This document shows, piece after piece, positions 19,653 to 28,071 of a stretch of DNA of 64,000 bases. Position numbers and translations under genes: made by a program. The stretch comes from a virus. Lineage: Duplodnaviria; Caudoviricetes. The stretch spans positions 30,698 to 94,697 of the IMG/VR virus record IMGVR_UViG_3300021387_000189; one strand, written 5' to 3'. Under the pieces are notes generated by a model, which was not told the origin of the DNA, searched no databases, and worked only from the letters and a program-made list of their open reading frames with translations. Numbering within the stretch: the first letter of the stretch is position 1; each line of letters begins with the position of its first letter.

Positions 19653-20375
19653 ATGGCTTCAAAGAAAAGACAATCAAAGAAGATAGAAGACTCATCAGTT
19701 GAAGAGACAAAGCCTGACATAGCAGATGCAGGTAGAGAGCCTTCAACTGATGTGACTGTAGGAAATACAGCAGAAGAAGAGAAACCAGAAGATCATAAGA
19801 AAGAGAAGAGACAAATAGTGTTCTTCAGCTCATTGCCATCAATCAAGAAATTCTTGCTAGATGAAGAGTCAGATGAGAGAGCAGCAATAGAGAAAATAAT
19901 CAATATCTGCATCAATGACTTTGCTCTGAAGTGTGCTGTCCTCATTGAAGAGTCTGTATTGATTCCGTCATCTGCTTACACATATGTGACATTCATGGAG
20001 AGATTTGGTTTCTTACAGCAAGAAGACTCTACAACAGAAGAGGCTGCAAGATTCATATCGGCAAGAATAGAAGACTCTGCAACATATGAAAAGATACTTG
20101 AAGCCTGTATGTCAAGACGTCCTTGGCTTTTTGATGAAGTCCCAGATGAAGAGAAATTAGACATAGAATGGGCTAACTATGTTGACAAAGACCTGCTCAA
20201 AGCAGAGAAAATTGCAAAGAGCAAGATAAGCAAGATGTTTGGTGTTGGGACATTTCCAGAGTTGATGATTTGGTACAACTACAGTGATGTTGCAAACTCT
20301 TGGCAATTTGTGTATTCTATTGCTGCTCCTAAGGACAAGCTTGTAGATAAAGAAGAAAAAGAAAAGAAGAGCTAA
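19653..20375 (+). CDS. Hypothetical protein, paralog of the next gene
   Basis: Shares DF..KC...P.S.YTY..F...F and MF..G.FP.L...Y...W.F.Y.I with 20380..20892. Confidence 0.75.
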   Translation: MASKKRQSKKIEDSSVEETKPDIADAGREPSTDVTVGNTAEEEKPEDHKKEKRQIVFFSSLPSIKKFLLDEESDERAAIEKIINICINDFALKCAVLIEESVLIPSSAYTYVTFMERFGFLQQEDSTTEEAARFISARIEDSATYEKILEACMSRRPWLFDEVPDEEKLDIEWANYVDKDLLKAEKIAKSKISKMFGVGTFPELMIWYNYSDVANSWQFVYSIAAPKDKLVDKEEKEKKS

Positions 20376-20379
20376 GAAT

Positions 20380-20892
20380 ATGGGGATGAGGAATGATGAC
20401 AATCCTAATGAGATTACCGTTGAGTTAGGATCTTCTGAAAATCAAGCGATAGTGATGTTCAACAACATCAGAGGATTTGATCATACAAACTATGACAATC
20501 CAAAGCTCTTAGACAAGATAGTAGAATTTGTCAAGAAAGACTTTGTTGCAAAGTGCTTGATGATCTTGAAGTCTAGTGGCAAAGTGCCAGAGTCTCTATA
20601 CACATATGACATGTTCAACAAGATGTTTGCTATCAATCAATGTGGAGATGTCACTACATCAAAAGAGAAGAAAGTGTACTCATTCTTGATTTCTAACCAA
20701 CAAGACATTGAAGAGATAGTCTTGATGATAAGAGACAACTTCAATGCTTCACACTACAAATTCCAAGATGATGTGTCAGAGACCGATGTCAGGCGAATGT
20801 TCCAAGGAGGTGAGTTCCCATTCCTGAAAGTGAAGTATGCTTGGCATGGAGGCACAGAAGAGTGGCACTTTGCATACTATATCACTAGATGA
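20380..20892 (+). CDS. Hypothetical protein, paralog of the previous gene
   Basis: Same two shared blocks as 19653..20375. Confidence 0.75.
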   Translation: MGMRNDDNPNEITVELGSSENQAIVMFNNIRGFDHTNYDNPKLLDKIVEFVKKDFVAKCLMILKSSGKVPESLYTYDMFNKMFAINQCGDVTTSKEKKVYSFLISNQQDIEEIVLMIRDNFNASHYKFQDDVSETDVRRMFQGGEFPFLKVKYAWHGGTEEWHFAYYITR

Positions 20893-20905
20893 CAATACAA
20901 GCTAT

Positions 20906-21730
20906 ATGAATACAAAAGACAAATATGAGAGGATAGAGATTCTAGGATTGTCAAGCAAATGCTATCCTGGATTTTGCGCCAAAGAAATAGAAGAAGTAAT
21001 TGACAGCTGGATTATCCCATCTTACAAGCATGGCAGGACAAGGTATGACAGTGTAGGATATAGTGAGTATACTTTTTGCTTGTCATCAAAAGACATCAAG
21101 AACATAAGTGTAGGTCTTGACATTCCTATATTGATCCATACACTAAAGCCTAGGGTTGGCACTATAGCTATAGTAGGAGAAGCACCATCAAGACCAAGGC
21201 TGTTCAAGGATGATCTGTATGAAGAGATTGTCTCATCTTTGAGTGTTGGGCTTCCATTCGGTCAACATGATGCTGGGTGGTCTGTTGCTCCTAGAGTGTA
21301 TGATATGCTCATAAGCTGGTACTTAGATGCTGGGTTTGATGTCTACCTGACAAACCTGTCTAAGTGGATATATGGATACAAGCTTAATCGTGATGGAGCC
21401 CCAATATATGAGAAAGACAATCAGACTATCATAGACACCCTGGAAGAAGAGTTCATGACAGTTAAAAAGACTACTGGAAATCTCAATCACATCATATGGC
21501 TTGGTGATGCACAGTGGAAGAGATTCATATATGGAGAGTCAGTTAGGAATCTTCATACAGACTATACTATCTTTCCACATCCAAGTGGTGCAAATGGAGC
21601 CGCTTGGAAGAAGTTGCTCAAAGAGAAAGAATGCACTAAAGAGAACAAAGTTGAATATATGGTCAAGAATGCTAATGTACTATATAGAGATGGAGATAGC
21701 TTTTGCAGCACAATTCCTCTATCTGAATAG
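20906..21730 (+). CDS. Uracil-DNA glycosylase superfamily protein
   Basis: IAIVGEAP (motif A), YLTNLSK, IIWLG, FPHPSGAN (motif B). Confidence 0.7.
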   Translation: MNTKDKYERIEILGLSSKCYPGFCAKEIEEVIDSWIIPSYKHGRTRYDSVGYSEYTFCLSSKDIKNISVGLDIPILIHTLKPRVGTIAIVGEAPSRPRLFKDDLYEEIVSSLSVGLPFGQHDAGWSVAPRVYDMLISWYLDAGFDVYLTNLSKWIYGYKLNRDGAPIYEKDNQTIIDTLEEEFMTVKKTTGNLNHIIWLGDAQWKRFIYGESVRNLHTDYTIFPHPSGANGAAWKKLLKEKECTKENKVEYMVKNANVLYRDGDSFCSTIPLSE

Positions 21731-21737
21731 CATATTT

Positions 21738-21809
21738 GTTAAATAATGTTAAATCCTGTCACTTTCTTGTGACAGGATTTCTTTATTTCAAATATTTGTG
21801 GTATTTTTG
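21738..21809 (+). promoter_or_regulatory. Host-type promoter with GTTAA-N5-GTTAA box and terminator hairpin
   Basis: GTTAA at 21738 and 21748; hairpin AAATCCTGTCAC/GTGACAGGATTT at 21751-21780; TATTTTTG at 21802-21809. Confidence 0.7.
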
Positions 21810-21825
21810 CAGAAAATTCAAAGTT

Positions 21826-22176
21826 ATGAGTAAAACTTATCACAGAAATCGAAAGAAAGAAGCAGAAGCTTATGTCGCAGAGAACGGCTCTCAGTTTCCA
21901 GGCTTAGGCTTCTCAGTTTGGAGTCCAACCTATCAAATGGTAGTGAGCAAGTTCGCCAGGCATCCAAACAGATGTGCTAAAAGCTCTCTTCAGAGAGAGT
22001 TCAATAAGTATGGCATAAAGCCAATGACTGACTCTTGGAAGAGAATCTTGGGATCAGCTTTCATGCAGTCATCAAGACTGAAGACAATTCGTCAGGAGAT
22101 GAGTCACAGCAGACGTTGCAAGATGAAAGCTGAGGTGTCAAGAATTATCAAACAGGCTCTAGAGAGCGAAGATTAA
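21826..22176 (+). CDS. Small basic early protein (tandem paralog 1)
   Basis: MSKTYHRNRKKE...LQREFNKYGIKP...SWKRILG...RRCKMK. Confidence 0.75.
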   Translation: MSKTYHRNRKKEAEAYVAENGSQFPGLGFSVWSPTYQMVVSKFARHPNRCAKSSLQREFNKYGIKPMTDSWKRILGSAFMQSSRLKTIRQEMSHSRRCKMKAEVSRIIKQALESED

Positions 22177-22190
22177 CAATTGCTAAAGCT

Positions 22191-22526
22191 ATGAGCAAGA
22201 CCTGGCATAGAAACAAGAAAAGAGAAGTAGAATTGTATGTAGAAAGATCCACTTCTGATGGTTCTGATCTTTCAAGCATTGGAAGCATACCAAGTTTGGG
22301 AGAACGGATGAGACACTGTTGTCGACATGCAAGCAAGCCTAACAAGACTCTGCAAAGAGAGTTCACTAAGTTTGGCATCAGTCCAATATCAAAGTCTTGG
22401 AAGAACATCTTAGGAGAAAGAGATGAGCAGACATCTCGTCTCCACAGGCTCAAGAGAGACATGGCTCACAAGAGACGACACAAGATGAAGGTTGAAGCAG
22501 AGAGAATAATACAGGCATCTATCTAA
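22191..22526 (+). CDS. Small basic early protein (tandem paralog 2)
   Basis: MSKTWHRNKKRE...LQREFTKFGISP...SWKNILG...RRHKMK. Confidence 0.75.
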   Translation: MSKTWHRNKKREVELYVERSTSDGSDLSSIGSIPSLGERMRHCCRHASKPNKTLQREFTKFGISPISKSWKNILGERDEQTSRLHRLKRDMAHKRRHKMKVEAERIIQASI

Positions 22527-22540
22527 TTTAAATAAGCTAT

Positions 22541-23146
22541 ATGAATAGTTCTACAGAATCATACTATGTCTCATTTGAGACTGCAAAGATCCTCAAGAAG
22601 AGAGGATATGTCCCTGACTATGCAGGCAGAGACTGTGCATATGATCAGGAAGGAAACTTCACCAATCTTAGGTTCAACAACTATTTCTCCACAGCACCAA
22701 AGCCAAACCCAGAAGACTTGTTCCCATGTCCTTCTTGGCAAGATGCTTTCAGATTCCTGAGAGAGCGATGGGCAGTGTATGCTTATGTGAAGAGAGACAC
22801 ATATCACCACAAGTTCAGGTTTGTTGATGAGAGAGACACTCCAAGAGGAGAGCACATCAGCATGTGCTATGATACTATAGACATGGCAAGAGATGCGCTC
22901 TTCAAGTATCTAGATGAAGAGCTAGTGCCCCGCATCTATAGAGATCCAACTTTCTACAACTACACTCCATTCTCTAAAGAAGAGGAAGAAGAGATCAAGA
23001 GTGTACAAGAAGAGATACATCGTAGATGGATTCTGAAGTCCTTGAGAAGAGACTCTCTAGAGAATATTGAAGACTATATCAGCAAGCATCCAGAAGATGA
23101 AGAGTGGATTCGAGAAGGCCTAAGAGAAAATGAAGACAAAGACTAA
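22541..23146 (+). CDS. Hypothetical phage protein
   Basis: N-terminus YVSFETAKILKKRGY; 201 aa. Confidence 0.7.
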   Translation: MNSSTESYYVSFETAKILKKRGYVPDYAGRDCAYDQEGNFTNLRFNNYFSTAPKPNPEDLFPCPSWQDAFRFLRERWAVYAYVKRDTYHHKFRFVDERDTPRGEHISMCYDTIDMARDALFKYLDEELVPRIYRDPTFYNYTPFSKEEEEEIKSVQEEIHRRWILKSLRRDSLENIEDYISKHPEDEEWIREGLRENEDKD

Positions 23147-23645
23147 GATAAGAGAGCTTGTAGCTAAAGACCCAGTGTGGGTAGTGATTCCCCTCTTAAC
23201 TGATAAGATGTTCTCTTCGAATGTAATTGTCATGTATCCTAGAATAGTCAGGCTTGAAGTAGTGTCTTCTGGTCAAGAGACAGTGAAGACTACTTTTCCT
23301 AAATCAAATGGCCTTAGCTTTGAGTTTCCAACTAAGTACACACTGAATGCAAGAAGAGACCCTGAAGGAAGAGTTGCCACTGCTTCTACAACATATGAGT
23401 TCTATGATGATGTGTGGCCTGGTGAGCCAAGAGACCTGCAGTTGCTGTGCTATGCTAGCAGGAAAGAAGCAAAGATGGAGTTCAGGAAAGAATGTGACTT
23501 GGCCGTCAAGATATTGAAAAATGACATGTTCTCAATGAAGAAGAGAATATCTGCTATCAAGAAAGAAATAAAGACAATCAAAGTGTTGAGGGAGAATGCA
23601 TCAGCAGCAATAAACAAAGAAACAAGAGAAGAGCTAAGAAAGTAG
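23130..23645 (+). CDS. Hypothetical protein
   Basis: 171 aa with a coiled-coil C-terminus. Confidence 0.7.
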   Translation: MKTKTKIRELVAKDPVWVVIPLLTDKMFSSNVIVMYPRIVRLEVVSSGQETVKTTFPKSNGLSFEFPTKYTLNARRDPEGRVATASTTYEFYDDVWPGEPRDLQLLCYASRKEAKMEFRKECDLAVKILKNDMFSMKKRISAIKKEIKTIKVLRENASAAINKETREELRK

Positions 23646-23703
23646 TACAAACAAATAGGAAATATCAGTATATAAGCATTATTAACTTCTAAACATTAAA
23701 GAA

Positions 23704-24288
23704 ATGAACAAGACACTAGCAATCACAATTGGTGTGATCTTAGTCATAGCACTATGGCTCACATCTAGCTACAATGGATTTGTCAACAAGCAAGAGCTTG
23801 CAAATGAAGCCTTTGCAAATGTACAAGCAACTTACCAGCGTCGTGCAGATCTTATTCCTAACTTAGTAGAGGTAGTGAGAGGATATGCAAAGCATGAGTC
23901 ACAGACTCTTGAGAATGTCATTGCAGCTCGTGCAAAAGCTACTCAAATCACTATTGACCCATCAAACATCTCTCCTGATCAGCTTGCATCCTTCCAGAAA
24001 GCACAAGGAGAGCTCAGCCAGGCGCTTGGCAAGCTGCTAGCAGTAGCAGAGTCATACCCAGACTTGAAGGCATCAAAGAACTTCAGTGACTTGCAAGTAC
24101 AGCTAGAAGGCACAGAGAATCGCATCAATGAAGCACGACAGAAGTACAACAAAGCAGTGAAAGAGTATAACTCTAGTATTCGAAAGTTCCCTGGAGCATT
24201 CATATCAAGCATGTATGGATTTGAGAAGATGGACATGTTTGAGGCTTCAGAATCCGCCAAGGATGCTCCAAAAGTGAGCTTTGACTAA
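23704..24288 (+). CDS. lemA: LemA family protein
   Basis: N-terminal TM, SYNGFV, QRRADLIPNLVEVVRGYA.HE, AVAESYPDLKA..NF..LQ..LEGTENRI, YN..IR.FP. Confidence 0.95.
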   Translation: MNKTLAITIGVILVIALWLTSSYNGFVNKQELANEAFANVQATYQRRADLIPNLVEVVRGYAKHESQTLENVIAARAKATQITIDPSNISPDQLASFQKAQGELSQALGKLLAVAESYPDLKASKNFSDLQVQLEGTENRINEARQKYNKAVKEYNSSIRKFPGAFISSMYGFEKMDMFEASESAKDAPKVSFD

Positions 24289-24309
24289 TCTATCAGCTTT
24301 TTGTGAGAA

Positions 24310-24909
24310 ATGCTCCCAGACGTCAATAATAATATCCCAGAGATGAAGCTGTATTGCTACTCTATTGATGGCTTTGCACATGTCATGAAGCAACTTGGCT
24401 ATAGTCGTGATGATGAGAAGCTCTTGGAGAGAGACAATATAGCTGTCATCTCGATCTGTTGTACTGACACTAACCCAGAAGAGTACAAAGGACTGTTTGC
24501 TGAAGAGCATTACTTCCATAACAAGTCAGGCTCATCAAACGTATTGAACATTGAGTTTGACGATCTTGATCCAGCTACTTGGATTGGTCCAGAGTTTGAT
24601 CCAGAAGAAGCTTCAGACAGAGACTTCTACTATGCTCCTGACACTCCTAATCCTCCAAGAGCTCTAGACTGGGAGCTCTCTGCAAAGATAGTGAAGTTCA
24701 TAGTTAACAACTTAGGGAAAGACTTCTATGTCCATTGCTCTGCAGGAGTCTCTAGGAGTCAAGCGATAGTAAGATTCATCCTAGATGCTTTCTCTTGGCC
24801 TGGAAACGGTAGATATAACTACAAGACTAGGCCTGAGAATCCACCAGAGTTGCCAAACCAGCATGTCTTGAGGATGTTGAAGAGAACTTACTTGAAATGC
24901 ATTCAATAA
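24310..24909 (+). CDS. Cys-based protein tyrosine/dual-specificity phosphatase
   Basis: VHCSAGVSRS (CX5R), FDD acid loop, PN..V. Confidence 0.85.
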   Translation: MLPDVNNNIPEMKLYCYSIDGFAHVMKQLGYSRDDEKLLERDNIAVISICCTDTNPEEYKGLFAEEHYFHNKSGSSNVLNIEFDDLDPATWIGPEFDPEEASDRDFYYAPDTPNPPRALDWELSAKIVKFIVNNLGKDFYVHCSAGVSRSQAIVRFILDAFSWPGNGRYNYKTRPENPPELPNQHVLRMLKRTYLKCIQ

Positions 24910-24922
24910 TATAACAAAGCCA

Positions 24923-25264
24923 ATGAGAGATATCATCATAACATTGCCATCAAGCATAGAGTGGAGTGACTATGAGAAAGAGCTTGATGCTGTTGCAGAC
25001 TGGAAGCAAGTGATGAACTTCAAAGTTCCATTCTTGCCGAAGCAAGACATAGGCCGATGCTATGTTGTGTATAGAGGACAGCTGATAGGATGGATGCAAT
25101 GTGTAGGAGCTGTGAGTAAAGGATCTTTCACCTGCTCTACTACTGGACAGCCATGGGAAGGTAACTTCATACAGCGTAGTGGTCCATTCCACTATCTTGA
25201 CAACCCAATGCCATTCAAAGGATTCCAAGGATGGAGATACTATGACGCAGATTACAGAGACTAA
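24923..25264 (+). CDS. Hypothetical protein, possibly ASCH/PUA-like
   Basis: Ends in PMPFKGFQGWRY, similar to ASCH C-termini. Confidence 0.5.
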   Translation: MRDIIITLPSSIEWSDYEKELDAVADWKQVMNFKVPFLPKQDIGRCYVVYRGQLIGWMQCVGAVSKGSFTCSTTGQPWEGNFIQRSGPFHYLDNPMPFKGFQGWRYYDADYRD

Positions 25265-25312
25265 TCAACGTGTCAGACTATTGAAGTAGTCTAAGCTAAC
25301 TAAGAACACCAA

Positions 25313-26056
25313 ATGAAGAAACTTGTATTAGTATTTTTACTTTGCATTCTCTCAATACCTTCTGCAGCAGGTATCAAAGACTGGTTCAAGGGTCCTGAAG
25401 AGTGGAATGCAGACAACATAGTGATGGTTCACTTGCAAGACTCTACTAAGTGGACTTGCAATCCTGACAAAGTCATCAAAGATGAGACATGTGACTCTAT
25501 AGACTTCTGGTGCTCTAAGTTGAAGAGAGACAAAGGAGTAGAGAGTGTCATCGTCATTGTCAAGAAAGTTGAGAATGAAGACTGTTTCAGAGTGGCTCAA
25601 GACATAGGCAACAAGTATGGTGTAGGAGACAAAGAGACAAGAAGAGGTCTTGTCATTGTGGTAGCATACAACCAGCACAAGTACTTCATTGCTACAGGTC
25701 AAGGCTTAGAGCAAGACTTGACTGATGCATCTTGCAATGAGATAGCAGAAAACTTCTTGAAGCCTGCTATGAAGAATGAGAATCCGGACAAAGCAATGCT
25801 CAACACAGTCAAAGCTATATACAACTATCTAGACTATGGGGTTGCAGAGCTTTACAAAGGCCAGCAAGAGCATGACCGAATGGTGCTTGTTATAGTAATA
25901 GTGGTCATAGTGGTCATAATCATAATCTTAGCTATAATGACTAGGGGAGAGATTTTCTTCATATTCTTTGATGGGTCTAGCAGTGGAGGTGGATTCAGTG
26001 GAGGAAGCTTTGGAGGTGGCTCATTTGGAGGTGGCGGAGCAGGAGGCAGTTGGTAG
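25313..26056 (+). CDS. TPM-domain (YgcG-like) membrane protein
   Basis: Signal peptide, YGVGDKE..RGLVIVV, TGQGLE..LTD, a TM segment and a GGGSFGGGGAGGSW tail. Confidence 0.9.
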   Translation: MKKLVLVFLLCILSIPSAAGIKDWFKGPEEWNADNIVMVHLQDSTKWTCNPDKVIKDETCDSIDFWCSKLKRDKGVESVIVIVKKVENEDCFRVAQDIGNKYGVGDKETRRGLVIVVAYNQHKYFIATGQGLEQDLTDASCNEIAENFLKPAMKNENPDKAMLNTVKAIYNYLDYGVAELYKGQQEHDRMVLVIVIVVIVVIIIILAIMTRGEIFFIFFDGSSSGGGFSGGSFGGGSFGGGGAGGSW

Positions 26057-26078
26057 CATATTAAATGAAAATACAAAT

Positions 26079-26357
26079 ATGGAAATAATAGAAAATCAAG
26101 AAAGCTTAGCCTCTCATGCAGAGAAAGAGTTCAAAGAACTTAAAAAAGAGATAGATCTGACGAGAATCTACAAAGATGTTAACGGCAACTACTTGTTCAT
26201 GATTGAAGTCTTTCATACAGACGAATCATCTTTCGCTAAGTTTATCATGGTTGATCAATATGGCACTGTGGAGATTTATAATGACTATCAGGTCAAGCCT
26301 GCAGACATAAACCCAATACCTCAATTCTTGAGTCTTCTTAGAAAAAAAGGTATATAA
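26079..26357 (+). CDS. Hypothetical protein
   Basis: Likely start MEIIENQ. Confidence 0.6.
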   Translation: MEIIENQESLASHAEKEFKELKKEIDLTRIYKDVNGNYLFMIEVFHTDESSFAKFIMVDQYGTVEIYNDYQVKPADINPIPQFLSLLRKKGI

Positions 26358-26440
26358 AATAGGCCTTTGTTGCTTTCTTATATCACACATTAACAATAAA
26401 TATAGTGGAGTCAGACACTCCACTTTTTGTGTTTACTACA

Positions 26441-27007
26441 ATGGATGATAGAGAGGACACTACGATGAGTCAGACACAAGATCTAGACATTGTCAACAAG
26501 GTCCCAGACGATGTGAAGTCTATGATGGCCTCTACATTTGTCAAGAGCTTCAACTCTATGCCTGCATGGCTGAGATGGGGCACTATCATTGCGGTCATAG
26601 TAGGAGTCTTCTATTTCACGGTGGCTCAAAAGTATATCACACAATATAGAGAAGACAATCAGATAGAAGTCATGCAACAGACTGTCTCTAAGTTGTCTGA
26701 CAAAGTGCTTATTCTTGAAGAAGACCACCAAGATGCAATAACTTTGTATGAGAACATAGAAGAAGTCAGAGGAATACTTGCAGCATTTGAGACTGTAGAG
26801 AGGAGGAGATCTTCTAACTTGATCAAGTTCATAAAGAGGACCCACAGCAATGAATATGCATCAGCAATAGCAGACTTTGAAGACACTGACATAGACATAC
26901 ACAAAGAATATCAGGCTAAGATAGAAGAATTGTTCAATGCCAAGCTAAAGAAAAGAATGGAAGAACGAAGAAGAGCATTCAAAGAGAATAAAGATGACTC
27001 AAGCTAA
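26441..27007 (+). CDS. Late single-TM coiled-coil protein
   Basis: TM segment WGTIIAVIVGVFYF; ATAAATA at 26396-26402. Confidence 0.65.
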   Translation: MDDREDTTMSQTQDLDIVNKVPDDVKSMMASTFVKSFNSMPAWLRWGTIIAVIVGVFYFTVAQKYITQYREDNQIEVMQQTVSKLSDKVLILEEDHQDAITLYENIEEVRGILAAFETVERRRSSNLIKFIKRTHSNEYASAIADFEDTDIDIHKEYQAKIEELFNAKLKKRMEERRRAFKENKDDSS

Positions 27008-27066
27008 ATAAGCGTTAATTTATATAAAAAACTCCAAACATTACAAAAGAGTGTCATAGAATCTGC

Positions 27067-27258
27067 ATGACACTCTTTTTTAGCATATTATTGATAATAT
27101 ATCTGATAGTTGGTGGCATAGTAGTCAGCCATGTGTTCAAGAAGCACATAGAAGAAGCAGAGAAAGAAGGAAATGCTGCAGGCAATATCTGTAATGCTAT
27201 GCTTTTGCTTATCTTCATATGGCCTTTCTCATGGAAGATAGCTAAGCATGTCAAATAG
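27067..27258 (+). CDS. Small protein with two transmembrane segments
   Basis: Two hydrophobic segments and a basic C-terminus. Confidence 0.55.
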   Translation: MTLFFSILLIIYLIVGGIVVSHVFKKHIEEAEKEGNAAGNICNAMLLLIFIWPFSWKIAKHVK

Positions 27259-27309
27259 TAAGTATCAGAGCAATACAGAGCTATTGATAAATATGACAAA
27301 CACAACATT

Positions 27310-28071
27310 GTGTCTGTCATGTATGTCATAGATAAGATTAAAGAGGTTCCAAAGATAGTATGGATAGTGATACTTGTTGCTTCTATAGTTCTTGGAATTG
27401 CAATATGGAGAGACCTTTCATCTTCTAGATATGAGCCAGTTGTAATCAATCAGAAGACAGAGTACTATGAGAACAAGAAAGGAGAACTCTACAAAGCAAG
27501 TCTTGCTGCTATTCTTGAAGTCAAAGACTTGAAGAAGCAGTATGACGATTTGTATGATGAGTATCAGAAGCTCAAGAAAGACAAGCCTCTTGTCATCACT
27601 CATACAGTCACAGAGACAAAACTAGACAGTGTGCTGCTGCCAACAACGTTGTCAGCAGACAAGAGAACTATGTCATGGGAGTGGCATAAAGACATTTCAG
27701 AGAACAACTTCATACACTTAGAAGGGCAGACAAAGATAGACTCTTTGATGGAGAGTGCTACTACTCTGATGAAGACTTTGAGAGTTGGCTCTGACCTTTA
27801 TGTTGACTTCATCTCAAACCCTGACTACCCTAGCACTTTGCAAGTTGTAGCAAGATCAAACAACCCATATGTCAGCATACTAGACACTAGAGGCACAGTA
27901 GTAGATCCGCTTTCACATCCTGCATTCAAGAGCATATTGAAGAAGAATGAGAAGAAGTGGGTCATTGGTGTGCAAGCTGGCTATGGCGTAAGCTATGATG
28001 TCTCTAGGAAGACTGTTGGGACAGGACCTTACATAGGAATAGGAATAACAAAGAGAATCATTGCTTTTTAA
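27310..28071 (+). CDS. Membrane-anchored protein with a C-terminal beta-hairpin (possible spanin-like lysis protein)
   Basis: N-terminal TM, coiled coil, C-terminus WVIGVQAGYG...GPYIGIGITKRIIAF; ATAAATA at 27287-27293. Confidence 0.6.
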   Translation: MSVMYVIDKIKEVPKIVWIVILVASIVLGIAIWRDLSSSRYEPVVINQKTEYYENKKGELYKASLAAILEVKDLKKQYDDLYDEYQKLKKDKPLVITHTVTETKLDSVLLPTTLSADKRTMSWEWHKDISENNFIHLEGQTKIDSLMESATTLMKTLRVGSDLYVDFISNPDYPSTLQVVARSNNPYVSILDTRGTVVDPLSHPAFKSILKKNEKKWVIGVQAGYGVSYDVSRKTVGTGPYIGIGITKRIIAF

